Below are positions 40,501 through 51,163 of a stretch of DNA of 64,000 nucleotides, one piece after another (positions within the stretch are counted from its first letter, which is position 1; every line of letters begins with the position of its first letter). A program made the translations under genes and the position numbers. Location of the stretch: positions 36,902-100,901 of IMG/VR virus record IMGVR_UViG_3300043427_003273. One strand, 5' to 3'. Source of the DNA: a virus. Below the pieces are notes generated by a model. That model made no database searches. It was not told the DNA's origin and was given only the letters and a program-made list of their open reading frames with translations.

Positions 40501-43500
40501 CTGCTTCCGATAATATTTCATCAACTTTATATGAATCACTATTTTCTGGTTCTAAAACATCTTCATCAACATATTCATCAAAATCTAAAGTAATTGAGGC
40601 ACCAGATCCTCCTATGTTTGGATCTATTTTTACAACCTTATAAAATGAATATCCATTTGAATTTGAATTAAATCCTTTACTGGTTCCACCATTTGTCTCT
40701 TCTCTAGTGATTACATCTTCAATAAAAACAAGATCTCCAAGTTCAAAAGGAAAATCCAAAATGGAACTATATTCTGTTTTCAAAAATACTTGTATTGTTG
40801 GTAAATTTGAAATGGGTAAACTCTGAACTCTAGTTGAAGATGATGATAATAAGTTTGAGTATAATGAATCTATATCTGGATCATCAAGATTTAACTGTGA
40901 AAAATCATTCGCCAATTGAACTTCTTCTGGTTCAGAATTTGTGTTTAGGGTTAAAATTATTGGACTTCCCTGATTTAATAAAATTGGAATTCCATTGCTA
41001 TTATCTACTGGAACTAACCTTGGAACAATATTTGATAAGTTCTTTGTATTACGAACTATAGTAACAAAATTATCACCTAAATTATAAGAAAGAATTAAAT
41101 CTGTAATTATTTTTTTTGTTTTTGCGTCTATTACATCAATATTTGGAGCGGTTAGATAGTTTATTCCATTAGATACAATTGTTATTCTAGCAATTGAATA
41201 CAAAGGCTCCACTTTATAGATCGTCGGTAGTTTAGCAATTGCTCTAATACTTAAATCTGAAGGATAATCAAAACCAATATCTTTAATGTTTACAGATTTT
41301 ATTTGACCTATATTTGTACTGTTTGCAGTAATAATAGATCCTGTTCCACTTAAAGATTCTATCGTAGTTTTTATAGGTAGTCTGTAAAAATATCTTCCTT
41401 TATTTTTTACGGATGCTTTTACAATAGATCCTGATGCATTTTTGGAAGACGTATTATACTTTATTAAAGAATTTTCATCATCATAAAATTCTGATTCTGG
41501 ATCTCTTGGTATTTGATACTTAAATTCAGAAAACTCAAATGGAGGTTGAGTGGAGTCTCTCTCTATAGGATCAAAAATTTTATATTTTCCATCATATTTA
41601 CTCAAAGTGATCGTTATCTTATTATTATTTGATTGCTCAGAATCTATAAAAATTCCTATTTTTTCTAAAGGATTTCCATTAATATTAAGAGGAGTTAATT
41701 TATAAAATAAAGTTGAAGGCGCATCATCAGAAATTTTTAACACTAATTTTGCATTAGTTGTTCCTATTGTGCCAATTTTTGACACATCAAATATATTTGT
41801 TTTCCCAGAAGAAATATATTTATGATTGAAATTTGAATCTTGATATAAGTCAAAACTAAAAGATGATATTCTTTGAGTAGATGAACCTTGAGTAAAAGAT
41901 AATGTATTACTAGATATATCAAATATTATAGTCTGTCCCTTTATTACTTGAATTTCTGGATTTATTTGATAAAACTTTCCATCTGTAGATGAATTTAATG
42001 GTAAAAATTTTGGAAACTCTTGTCCAGACTCAAATAAAGAATTACATAGTCCAAAATTATTTCTATCTGTCACAACTACGTAATAAATTTCATTATCCTG
42101 CAAACCACTTATCGGATTATCCGATTTATACAAAACTTTATCTCCAGTTTTGTATTGGTGATTAGTTATCGTAAATAAATTTTCACCTATATTTACATCA
42201 TTATCCTCAAACTCTTTTGGATTTGCTACTAAAATTCTAGCTTGATCATTGTATTCAATTACAACAGTTTTTGTATTTAACGGATTTATATTAATATCAA
42301 TTATATCCCCACTCAATAAACCATGACTTGATGCGGTAGAAACTGTAACTATACTTTGAGATACCTTTGCATTTAAAATATTTTGTTTTAAAGTTGTAAA
42401 TTTAGAATTTCCATTTCCCGCAACAAAACATAATAATGGATCTTGATTTGCTCCAACTGAAAATAACGATCCAGTAGAACCAAACCCAACTCTAGTTGTG
42501 GAAATTCCAATCAAATCATCAGTAATTTTTATAGCATAAACAGTTGAATTTTGAGGTATTATGAATGAATTTATTGTATCGTTTGATTTTGATACAAGCA
42601 AACTACCATTTGTACTAAATTTCAATGGATCATTTGTATTAAATCCATGTTCTTTCAAATAAATTGAACGTGTTGGTATTGATAATGAAGTGATTCCAGA
42701 TTTTGGATAATTAAAATAAATTGAACTCGTTATACCAGTTCCAAATTTTGTTCCGAATCCAACAACTTCAGAAGCATCAAAATAATATTCATAATTGACA
42801 TTGAAATTATAATATGTTTGAATTCCCAAATTTGCGTTGAACTTTCTTGATTTTTCAGTAAGCCTTGTTCCAGATGGATATGTTGTTAGTCCAACGTATC
42901 CATTATTACTTCTAGATACCCTTATTACATTGTTGTCTTTATTGATATTTAATATTTTTATTTCTTCTCTAGAATTAGAAATTGATCCTGGATCAACAAT
43001 ATAGTAAATATCGTTTTCTCTAATTGTTGGGTAGGTCAAATCACCAGAAACTTCAAAGTATGTAACTATTCCTGTTTGCGATTGTGGTTTTACTGTTTTC
43101 GTTAAAAATAAATTATTATTAGAAAAATTTATATCTTTAAAAACAACTCTTTCTATGGGAGTTGATATTGAAACTATATCACCAGTTGTATAACCATGTG
43201 GATTATTAGTAAACCCTATTAATTCAGATCCGTTTCCAAATTTTCCAAATTCAACATTTTCAAACGTCGATCTTGCAACACTAACAGATTTAACATCTAC
43301 TCCCTGTATTTCTGAAACTTCTGCTGTTGCATTTTGTCCAATAATGTCTCCGTTTTCAAACTTAATTTTGTCACCTACTTTATAATTTTGACCACCCACA
43401 ACAATATCAACAAACTCAATTTCACCATAACTTGCATACTTTATTTGACTTATGGGATCTTTAATCTTATTAGGAACTAAAAGATATTGATATCTACTAT

Positions 43501-46500
43501 TTTTTTTAGTATTAAAGTTATATGGATAAGTATTTCTATACCATCCAGTTTTATTAATATCTATTAAATTTTGATTTGATTTTGCATCAAAATTAAATTC
43601 AATAGGTTTAGATTTATACTTATTTCCTATAATATATGGGAACGTTGAGGGGTATCCAAATCCATCCTGGAGTATTTGTGTAGTATCTATTGTGCAAAAA
43701 TATGCATAGGTTCCATTTGGAAATTCTGGTGTTTTGCAATATCTTCCATTCGATTCATCCAAATCGCCATTATTGATGACTTTATATTCATAGTCTTCTA
43801 TAAAAAATCCAATCGGATAAAGAGATGTTGGAGGACCATCAATTCTTTGAAGACCTTCAAATAAACTATATCCAGATTTCAATGCTTTTACTGCACCAGA
43901 CTCTGCATTTTCATAACCATATGGACCATATATTGGATTTCCATCATATGCCCATCCCACAATAGGAGAATGTCTTTTTTCCAAACTCCTATCAGCTTCT
44001 ATATCAACTACGGTTGAACCATTTTCAAAATAATCGTTGTATAGTATTTCTCTAAGTCTATCTGGCAAATAAATATGAGTATATTGAAGCCCAAATTCCG
44101 AATTTAATCCAGAATAAACAAATCCACCATCATTAGTTTCACGATTTGTTAATCTATATCTATTTAAAAGATTTATTCTCCATGATGTTATATTTGTTGA
44201 TATTTTTACTCCTTCCCCCCTATCAATAATGTCAATTGTTGTATTTTCTTGTTTATAATTTAAACCACCATAAATCACCTTTATCTCTACAATTTTTCCA
44301 TTTTTTAAAATTGGAGTTAAAACTGCACCATTTCCATCACCTCTAACAATTACATCTGGAATAGATACATAATCTTTTCCTTGGTTAGTTACCAATACTT
44401 CTACTATTGAACCATCTTTCGATGATATTATTGGCAATAATTGTCCATTTTTTCCCTTTATAACATTTAATGCAGGCTGTTTCGCATAGTTTAAAATATC
44501 TGGAGATCCATATCCAGATCCATTCTTAGAAACAAAAATTCCATCAACCTCACCTCTAAATACTGGTTGTAATTTGGCATTCAAATCTTGCCCAGATGAA
44601 GTAGAGACTCCGATAAATCCCTCAACAGAAACAATAATTGGCTCATAGTTAAAATAGTGGGTTCCTGTACCTACACTAGTTAAATTTAAATATTGCTTTG
44701 TTTGATATAAAAAGTCTTGGGGTGCTTCAAAATATGACTGATCTTTATAAATTTCTGATATCTTAATATTATTATCATCTATTTTAGTTACATAGTATGA
44801 TGTATTTGCTTGAATACCTCCAATAAGATTTCCAGAACTATAATGAACAATTAAATCACCACTAGAGTATCCATGTTTTGGTATTGTTATAACATTTGTT
44901 ACCAAATTTACGTTACTTGGAATAGTGGATGTTTTTCTATTTTTATATCCACTGCCAGGGGATATAACATTAATTGCTCCAACTTTAGATTTATTTTTTG
45001 AAGATTTTAAATAATGTAAACCAGTAGAATATGCTTTAATATCTACTGTTGATATTCCCGCAAATGCATCTTCTTTGGATTTGTATAATTTTACTGTAGT
45101 TCCATCTTCAACATAAACAATATATCTACTTCTATTTTCAAGTCCATAAATTGTTGTAGAAATTCCACTAATATAAATAACTTCCTCATAATTTTCAAAA
45201 TTGTGATATGTAGCAAATCCAATTGTATCATTCGCAATATTCATAGATCCAACTTGTGGATAAAATGGTGCTTGATACTCAAATGATTCCATAATAGGCT
45301 CAACTAGAGCACCATTTCCACCACCACCTTTTATGCTAACTTTTGGTATTCCAATATAATTAAATCCTTGATAAATTATATTTACTTTTTCCAGTTTTCC
45401 ATTTATTGATGGGTAAATTTCACAACCAGAACCTAAAGTACCTAATGTTAGAAAATCTTCAGATATTCTAACATCTATACCATCTTCTCCACCCAATGAT
45501 AATTGTGTTCCACCACTTCCACCAACAGTAACTAATAATCCATTTATTCTTACAGTATTTCCTTCTGTTTGATTAATATAAAGTTTATTTTTTCCCAATA
45601 ACAGATATCTTTCTCCCAATTTGATCTCTTCACCACCAATGCCACCATAAGTAACTACATTTCCACCAATAGATCCAAATTTTATTGGTTGATCATTGTA
45701 AATAAGAGGTATTGAACTTTTTGCATTGTATTTTACAATAGCTCCCCCAGAGTCTTCAATTAAAAACTCTGGGGGACTCATAACATCATAACCAAATCCA
45801 GAAGATACTACATCTACAGATTTTATAGGGCCATAAAATATACTATTTTGAGATTTATAATTTAATATTTCTACTCCATTGAGAAAAATGCCAGTTGCTC
45901 CAGGTAAAGTATCATAAGTAACAGTATCTTGTATGGGGTCGGAAATTTTTCTAATGAGATTTTGTGGCCCGATAAGTTGGGGTTTAAAATTATCGACGGA
46001 TTTAAAATCTATTTTTGAAAACGAATAATATTGAATAGCACAATCTGCTACTGTTATTGTAGGAACTGTTGATGGTGGAGTGATTCTGGGACTAACATAT
46101 TTTTCATTTAGAATATTTGATCTACTACTTGCCAATTTAATCCCATAAGGATCTCCTTCAGATCTAAATTCCTTAATGTAATAAATTCCATCTGGAAATG
46201 GTGAGTTTCTTGGATCTTGGGATCTAAAAACAACCTCGTCTCCAGTAAAGAATCCATGATTTATTATTATTAAATTATTAGTGGCATCTAAAGAATAAGT
46301 TGTAAAATATGCGTAGTCAATTGATCCGTCCGAATATAATTTATCGGATTGTCCATTATTAACAAACTCCTTTCCAAAGAAAAATTTTCCATTTACTGAT
46401 CCATCTCTAATATCCAAAGGAGATGGTCCACCAGAAATATCAGAATATGAAGGTAATGATGGAGAAGAAACATATAAAGATTTTTCTTTATCGAGGTAAA

Positions 46501-48547
46501 CATTTTGAACGTTTGAATTGTAGATATTTAAATCTGGATAATTAATGAATAATCCTTTAGATAAAAGTCTTGTTATAGAATATCTTTCTAATTGAGATAC
46601 TCTTCCAAATTGGTCTGGAGTTCCGATGGGAGCATCAAATCTTGCAACAATACTATTTTTTGAAGGGACAGATTTTACGACCAAAAAATTATCAGGAACC
46701 TGATCTACATAAAACGTATCAGACTTATGAAAATTATGCTCATCCAGAAAAGTCAGTCTGTAAGAATTATCTAAAATATCTTCTACAAAGGCAGTTTCTA
46801 TATCATATGTAACTGGAATATTATAAATCCAATTATTATCTTTTTTTCTATTGGATTCTTCACCTAAAGACCTAACTCTAATTTTATTGCCAGACTCATA
46901 AAGGAATGTTTGCTCATTCTGCTCAAAATTAGATAAAACGCCAGATATTCTAACCTTTATAATTTGATCCCTATTCTCTCCAACAAATCCATATGCATAA
47001 GTATCTGTAAATACTTCACTATTTGGATATATTGTATCTCTAATATTATCAATAATAGAACCTATGGTCTTACATCCCAAAAATTGATTAAGTGTTTTTG
47101 ATTGGTACGATATATTATAAATCAATTCGGTTTGAGTATCTGGATCTGTCGTATGAACAACAAGATTTCCCGAATTGGGGAATGAAACTGTACTATCAAC
47201 TTCTATTGTTGTCGAATTTGGAAAAATAGTTTCGATAGAATAAGTTTTTGGGTGAATAGAAAAACTACTAAAAAGAGTTCCTCTAAAATTAATATCTCTT
47301 TCGTATCCATCATCAATACTAATTACATAATAAGTTCTGCCACTTCTTTCTATTCTTTCTACAGCAGATATAGTTCCTCTTGCATTCCCAATAAATCCAA
47401 CGTTGTCTTGAAATAAAGTTCTATTTAAAAGATCCTCGGGGTTTCCTTCAATTCCTTGGACTACTAAATTCCTTAAAACTTTATACTGAGCATCTGAAGG
47501 TTCAAGTAAAAAATCTCTTGGAGTAATTACTGATACCTTTTCTCCGTACAAAACTGAAAATAAAATTTTAAATGAATTCTCCGTTCCCTTCGACGAATAA
47601 AAATCTTTTGATTGCTTTATAAAAACAGATTCATTTAAATCTGGATTTAAATCTCTATTTTCAAATCCAGGTAGAAATTGATATTTTACTTTCTGTAAGA
47701 ATTTTTTTAAAAAGATCGAATTTAAATTTATTACTTCGGATCTTATAAAATGATCTTCTGCTAAAGTGTCTTCAAAAATTAACTGATCTTCAGTATCTTT
47801 TCCCAATGATCTAGTTCCACTAAACCCTCTAACACAATTTAATAATTTAATTCCAATATATTCTTCACCATCTACATTAATAGTTGAAACATTTTCATCT
47901 ACATCTTTGAATAATATTATTTCGTTATTAATTTGAATCAATCCATATTTTATCGGCAACGATTTTTTATTATTTGCCTTTGAATATAGTACAATTTCAT
48001 TCTGATCAGATTTAATTACACTTTTAATGATTAATGAAATTCCATTAGAGTTAATTAAATTTTTGTCATTTATCCCAAGGGTACTATCATTTAAAAAGAA
48101 TTCATACTCTGGATTGTTAGAATCTAAAGTAATTGAAAATCTTCTTCCATTAAATTCATAAGTTTCAAAATCAATTAAATCACTTAGTTCTGAAGAAAAT
48201 TCTTGATATGGAACAATGTCAACAAAATCACCATTAATTAAATTATGTGGTGTCTTAGTCTTTACTTTTATGACAGATTCATTATTTAATATTGTTGTTT
48301 GATTTTTAATTATTGATTCTACAACATAAGAATCATTATAAAGATAAAAAATATCTGCAATATTACTAAGAGAGTCTAATTTAATATAATCATTTATGTT
48401 GGATATAATATCAGATGGTCCAAAATTAGTTTCCGTATACCTATAATATTCCTTTAAAAACTCAGGCAATAGAGGATATTCTACTCTTACGAATTCGGGA
48501 AGTTGGTACTCTACAATAGAGCTTACTTTTACATTCGTTTTTTTCAT
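37562..48547 (-). CDS. g7: Baseplate wedge initiator gp7-like giant protein (3661 aa)
   Basis: QLPEFV...FLKEYY, KDFYSSKGTENSFKILF, HSPIVGWAYDGNPIYGPYG, RIHDNDYYQYFSY; follows g6. Confidence 0.88.
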   Translation of the reverse strand: MKKTNVKVSSIVEYQLPEFVRVEYPLLPEFLKEYYRYTETNFGPSDIISNINDYIKLDSLSNIADIFYLYNDSYVVESIIKNQTTILNNESVIKVKTKTPHNLINGDFVDIVPYQEFSSELSDLIDFETYEFNGRRFSITLDSNNPEYEFFLNDSTLGINDKNLINSNGISLIIKSVIKSDQNEIVLYSKANNKKSLPIKYGLIQINNEIILFKDVDENVSTINVDGEEYIGIKLLNCVRGFSGTRSLGKDTEDQLIFEDTLAEDHFIRSEVINLNSIFLKKFLQKVKYQFLPGFENRDLNPDLNESVFIKQSKDFYSSKGTENSFKILFSVLYGEKVSVITPRDFLLEPSDAQYKVLRNLVVQGIEGNPEDLLNRTLFQDNVGFIGNARGTISAVERIERSGRTYYVISIDDGYERDINFRGTLFSSFSIHPKTYSIETIFPNSTTIEVDSTVSFPNSGNLVVHTTDPDTQTELIYNISYQSKTLNQFLGCKTIGSIIDNIRDTIYPNSEVFTDTYAYGFVGENRDQIIKVRISGVLSNFEQNEQTFLYESGNKIRVRSLGEESNRKKDNNWIYNIPVTYDIETAFVEDILDNSYRLTFLDEHNFHKSDTFYVDQVPDNFLVVKSVPSKNSIVARFDAPIGTPDQFGRVSQLERYSITRLLSKGLFINYPDLNIYNSNVQNVYLDKEKSLYVSSPSLPSYSDISGGPSPLDIRDGSVNGKFFFGKEFVNNGQSDKLYSDGSIDYAYFTTYSLDATNNLIIINHGFFTGDEVVFRSQDPRNSPFPDGIYYIKEFRSEGDPYGIKLASSRSNILNEKYVSPRITPPSTVPTITVADCAIQYYSFSKIDFKSVDNFKPQLIGPQNLIRKISDPIQDTVTYDTLPGATGIFLNGVEILNYKSQNSIFYGPIKSVDVVSSGFGYDVMSPPEFLIEDSGGAIVKYNAKSSIPLIYNDQPIKFGSIGGNVVTYGGIGGEEIKLGERYLLLGKNKLYINQTEGNTVRINGLLVTVGGSGGTQLSLGGEDGIDVRISEDFLTLGTLGSGCEIYPSINGKLEKVNIIYQGFNYIGIPKVSIKGGGGNGALVEPIMESFEYQAPFYPQVGSMNIANDTIGFATYHNFENYEEVIYISGISTTIYGLENRSRYIVYVEDGTTVKLYKSKEDAFAGISTVDIKAYSTGLHYLKSSKNKSKVGAINVISPGSGYKNRKTSTIPSNVNLVTNVITIPKHGYSSGDLIVHYSSGNLIGGIQANTSYYVTKIDDNNIKISEIYKDQSYFEAPQDFLYQTKQYLNLTSVGTGTHYFNYEPIIVSVEGFIGVSTSSGQDLNAKLQPVFRGEVDGIFVSKNGSGYGSPDILNYAKQPALNVIKGKNGQLLPIISSKDGSIVEVLVTNQGKDYVSIPDVIVRGDGNGAVLTPILKNGKIVEIKVIYGGLNYKQENTTIDIIDRGEGVKISTNITSWRINLLNRYRLTNRETNDGGFVYSGLNSEFGLQYTHIYLPDRLREILYNDYFENGSTVVDIEADRSLEKRHSPIVGWAYDGNPIYGPYGYENAESGAVKALKSGYSLFEGLQRIDGPPTSLYPIGFFIEDYEYKVINNGDLDESNGRYCKTPEFPNGTYAYFCTIDTTQILQDGFGYPSTFPYIIGNKYKSKPIEFNFDAKSNQNLIDINKTGWYRNTYPYNFNTKKNSRYQYLLVPNKIKDPISQIKYASYGEIEFVDIVVGGQNYKVGDKIKFENGDIIGQNATAEVSEIQGVDVKSVSVARSTFENVEFGKFGNGSELIGFTNNPHGYTTGDIVSISTPIERVVFKDINFSNNNLFLTKTVKPQSQTGIVTYFEVSGDLTYPTIRENDIYYIVDPGSISNSREEIKILNINKDNNVIRVSRSNNGYVGLTTYPSGTRLTEKSRKFNANLGIQTYYNFNVNYEYYFDASEVVGFGTKFGTGITSSIYFNYPKSGITSLSIPTRSIYLKEHGFNTNDPLKFSTNGSLLVSKSNDTINSFIIPQNSTVYAIKITDDLIGISTTRVGFGSTGSLFSVGANQDPLLCFVAGNGNSKFTTLKQNILNAKVSQSIVTVSTASSHGLLSGDIIDININPLNTKTVVIEYNDQARILVANPKEFEDNDVNIGENLFTITNHQYKTGDKVLYKSDNPISGLQDNEIYYVVVTDRNNFGLCNSLFESGQEFPKFLPLNSSTDGKFYQINPEIQVIKGQTIIFDISSNTLSFTQGSSTQRISSFSFDLYQDSNFNHKYISSGKTNIFDVSKIGTIGTTNAKLVLKISDDAPSTLFYKLTPLNINGNPLEKIGIFIDSEQSNNNKITITLSKYDGKYKIFDPIERDSTQPPFEFSEFKYQIPRDPESEFYDDENSLIKYNTSSKNASGSIVKASVKNKGRYFYRLPIKTTIESLSGTGSIITANSTNIGQIKSVNIKDIGFDYPSDLSIRAIAKLPTIYKVEPLYSIARITIVSNGINYLTAPNIDVIDAKTKKIITDLILSYNLGDNFVTIVRNTKNLSNIVPRLVPVDNSNGIPILLNQGSPIILTLNTNSEPEEVQLANDFSQLNLDDPDIDSLYSNLLSSSSTRVQSLPISNLPTIQVFLKTEYSSILDFPFELGDLVFIEDVITREETNGGTSKGFNSNSNGYSFYKVVKIDPNIGGSGASITLDFDEYVDEDVLEPENSDSYKVDEILSEAARVVPVKYFPIYSTVLEKNNFIQDEELITEDGTSIGIVEQWDSANDYLKIAETIVFNVGDTIIGQTSKTKAILLNKIDFDAGYNIADSSIVTTGWGLDTGKLNFDLQRIHDNDYYQYFSYALKSKVSIDKWNDDVGSLNHTAGFKRFSELELESLPISYSGISTSQEAISFGISDIISEVSVNCVYDFDLAREVTFGNPLKSNEIIFNSRILQDYIESISNRVLPIDDISKNFNALPRETNFSVVARSDSTEIRSKKTFFYIQDRRFTDDRQMQILTTLHDDENVYVGQYGRVETNYDMAYFESIIVGEQQVLQFYPAKDEVNNFIIDFVVFELTDDPTDIEELGFGDISYVYNQIGILTSGTSQGVGTTVVGIGSTFRSSKVLLQVSSVNRDYFELNEITVMHDDFGNTVLSEFGELTTSDLNNESVLGICSYTCEMSSDGSSLNVIMTPYENLTQDYDIKTITTSVSNEDISSTTGALSFETGQVTSFTISGISTEIPQPVLATQFSQQYKCSYLFVNVVGIQTGLVTPYNVGARDHGISDWYAFEDASVTYSAIFPETEIFEITPEGYVTSILTTSSTDPESGSVGITSGYRYFGSKGVHFMNEGSQHSIAPVSYASTTFGHFVADRGFTPGITTFFAYAPFGSTEIRLYDNSPNGIAGIASTSITLNSYQSGILTTSSLGSWVFFDSDLPVIMTVLGPGGTSGNDKTILSPCITGIGTINYKYYPNSLIVPSTERQRTAYNTFPSGASAGITTSGVYDASPIIAIRQSDGAGSDALQGILLDNLSDTYSWGNTLSDYVIAAPYPNTFVNVSYWNGSSWVLGESHNLSGGSFNDPKITQRDGTTGFGIWGTLMDGTAADLGSGSNIWKFESNQPFALIINDTVNDEEVLLGFSSTRSTRPINKEYKASEMQLTSNTRNSYLSEYGVVKISPSAGIGTVGVGEFSSRLLGGNTQLLFTPSPLVEYTINAFQVNVGRL

Positions 48548-48548
48548 A

Positions 48549-50447
48549 TTAATTTCTTACTATTTGGTTTCTATTGGAATAGCTAGATGAAAACTTAAAT
48601 ATTGAACCAGAGGTATCAGATCCAGAACTAATTGTGTCTGGTATTACATTTATAACTGAAGATGCAATATCCAATTGCAAATAAAGATCTTGTAGTCCAA
48701 TAATATCATTAGATTTTGGTCTTAGTGATAATTCAACAATATTCTCACTTCCAATTTTTTTACTGGTTTGAATAATATTTATTGGATATAAAAGAATCTC
48801 TCCCTTGACATAATCAATTTCACCAATATTTTTTCTAACTACAATTGGTGTTTTTTCTTCGGATAATTTAAATAAAATTAATTTTCCTTTTTTTAGATCA
48901 GAATTTGGAATATCTGTAAGATACACAGATTCAGATACACCAGGAATATTAAACCCAGAAGATCTTAAATTATATCCCTTTTCGCATTCAATGAAAAATT
49001 CATTTCCATAACAAATTTCGTATCCAGCAAATTGATTTAATGCTGCCCTAAGATCTCTGCGAATTGAGACAGTAGTGATATTTGATGTTATTGATTCATT
49101 TGCTCTATCAATAATGCTAATAAATTTACTGTATTTGAATCTAGCGCCATATTGATTAAGATCTTTAGATTTTCCATATCTATCAATATTCTCTCCAATT
49201 AATGTTTGTAAGTCAGAAGGACTTCCAAACCTATTCGTGTCATAATAAACACTTGTATCAAATTCAATATAAAGATATTTAAGATCTAAAACTTCTGGAA
49301 CTATTCCAGCAACCGTATATTTGCGGAGTTCTCTTACTATATTTTGCTTTACAAAGTTTGGTATAAACTGTCCGTTTATTGGTTTAATGGTAATAAAAAC
49401 TTTTCCATACTGAGGTGGACTTAAAACTTCTCCACCAAATACTGATATTGATTCAGTCTCTGGATATATTTGAGGGACAAGAACTTCATAATCATTAGCA
49501 GTTACGGCTCTATACTGTGAAGCATAAATTCTTGGAGCATAATTTCTAATAGAATTTACACTTTCAATTTCTTTTCCATTCCTAGATCTTGCGATAGTTG
49601 ATGTAGCAGAAAAATCACTAGTAACTAATGAACCATTATTTGTAAATGTTCTTCCAGAATATGTAAATACTTCAATTCCATTTGTAACATCACCATTAGA
49701 TACACAATAAGAAACTTCTACTAAACTATTATTTTCAAGTTTAGATCCAAATACTCCGTCCCCAAAAATTAATTCATATCTTTGATCAGAAATCTCTTGA
49801 ATAAAAAATATTTTTGAAGTTGATTTAACATCAAATAAACTATTTGCTAAATTGTATTTCCTCGATAACGACCTATCACTGCCATCTCTTACATTTACTC
49901 TTATTGTAGAGGTATCAACATTTATATTTCCCAATATAATTTTTTGATTTGGATTATTATAGTTAATTTCAAAAACTTCATTTACATAAGTTCCTTCTAT
50001 AAGTTCAAGTTCTTCAAATGTTGAGATATCATTTATAACTGGCTTTGTAATATCATCTAAGACATTAAAAGTATATCCACCTCCAGTAAAAGCCAAACCT
50101 TTTTTTAAAGTCAATGATACTGGTTTGTTCCCAGTTATCGAACTAGTATCCACAAAAAAGGAAATATTTGCTCTTGACGATGTTCTAGATCTTGGAACAT
50201 ATCCAATATTTCTTGCAAGTGCGACAATGTTCTCTCTAAGAGTCGCACTGTCAATAAAGACCTCATTGCTAATCATATTAGCATTGTATGAGGTTATATA
50301 CGTGTTATATGCTAGAACATCAACAACTGTTGACAGTGCCGATCCCTCAAAATCATAATCAGTAAAGTTTGAGTTCGATCTTAGGTATTCTTTGATCGAA
50401 ACTTTTATTTGATCAAAATCTATATTTGAAAAATTTACTAGTGCCAT
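48549..50447 (-). CDS. g6: Baseplate wedge protein gp6
   Basis: DFDQIK, FTDYDFEGS, DSATLRENIV, YELIFGDG, RAVTANDY. Confidence 0.97.
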   Translation of the reverse strand: MALVNFSNIDFDQIKVSIKEYLRSNSNFTDYDFEGSALSTVVDVLAYNTYITSYNANMISNEVFIDSATLRENIVALARNIGYVPRSRTSSRANISFFVDTSSITGNKPVSLTLKKGLAFTGGGYTFNVLDDITKPVINDISTFEELELIEGTYVNEVFEINYNNPNQKIILGNINVDTSTIRVNVRDGSDRSLSRKYNLANSLFDVKSTSKIFFIQEISDQRYELIFGDGVFGSKLENNSLVEVSYCVSNGDVTNGIEVFTYSGRTFTNNGSLVTSDFSATSTIARSRNGKEIESVNSIRNYAPRIYASQYRAVTANDYEVLVPQIYPETESISVFGGEVLSPPQYGKVFITIKPINGQFIPNFVKQNIVRELRKYTVAGIVPEVLDLKYLYIEFDTSVYYDTNRFGSPSDLQTLIGENIDRYGKSKDLNQYGARFKYSKFISIIDRANESITSNITTVSIRRDLRAALNQFAGYEICYGNEFFIECEKGYNLRSSGFNIPGVSESVYLTDIPNSDLKKGKLILFKLSEEKTPIVVRKNIGEIDYVKGEILLYPINIIQTSKKIGSENIVELSLRPKSNDIIGLQDLYLQLDIASSVINVIPDTISSGSDTSGSIFKFSSSYSNRNQIVRN

Positions 50448-50849
50448 TTATCGATTTGGCTGAAGTGCAAATGATATTTCTTGTGGTGCTATATTTAATC
50501 CAATAATATCATATTTAATAGTTACATTAAATTCCAATGCTTCGTAGTCATTTTCTACTTGTACACTATCCACCTTTATTCTTGGTTCATAAAGAGATAG
50601 TGTTGTTTCTATTTGAGATTGGATCTCAGTAGAGGTTAAGACATCAAATTGTTCAAAAACAACTCTATAAATGTCCGATCCAAGGGATTGATTAAAAAAT
50701 CTTTCTCCAGGATAAGTAGCAACCAAATTTCGCACAGAACGCGCAATAGCAGCAGCATCCTTAAGAGTCAAAAGATCTCCGTTTACTGGATTTGACTTGA
50801 AGGTAAGACTAAGATCTTTAAAACTTTTGCTTACGCGTTCTAACGGCAT
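50448..50849 (-). CDS. g25: Baseplate wedge protein gp25
   Basis: FKDLSLTF, SVRNLV...GERFF, YEPRI. Confidence 0.95.
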   Translation of the reverse strand: MPLERVSKSFKDLSLTFKSNPVNGDLLTLKDAAAIARSVRNLVATYPGERFFNQSLGSDIYRVVFEQFDVLTSTEIQSQIETTLSLYEPRIKVDSVQVENDYEALEFNVTIKYDIIGLNIAPQEISFALQPNR

Positions 50850-50897
50850 CTATAAAATACACCAATCTTAGGTTATTTATTCAACTTTTCAAATTAA

Positions 50898-51131
50898 TCA
50901 CCCAAAAATTGGTTCAGTTCCGTATTCCCAATCATCATAGTCATCATCATTACGAATTTTCTCATGAATTTCGTTTTGAACTTTGAATTTATTCAAATTT
51001 TTTCGATTTTTTTCAAAATCTACTTCACGTAAAAGTTGATTTTCTTCTATTTTTTGATAATCGGTCACTAATTTTGTGGTTCCCCACATTTCTCTCATGT
51101 AATTTAAGTCTCGATCTGATTGTTTGCCCAT
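50898..51131 (-). CDS. Conserved cyanophage hypothetical protein
   Basis: 77 aa; AGGAG SD; C-terminal DDYDDWEYGTEP. Confidence 0.75.
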   Translation of the reverse strand: MGKQSDRDLNYMREMWGTTKLVTDYQKIEENQLLREVDFEKNRKNLNKFKVQNEIHEKIRNDDDYDDWEYGTEPIFG

Positions 51132-51163
51132 TTTTGCTCCTGATTGACTAAAATCAGAACTTT

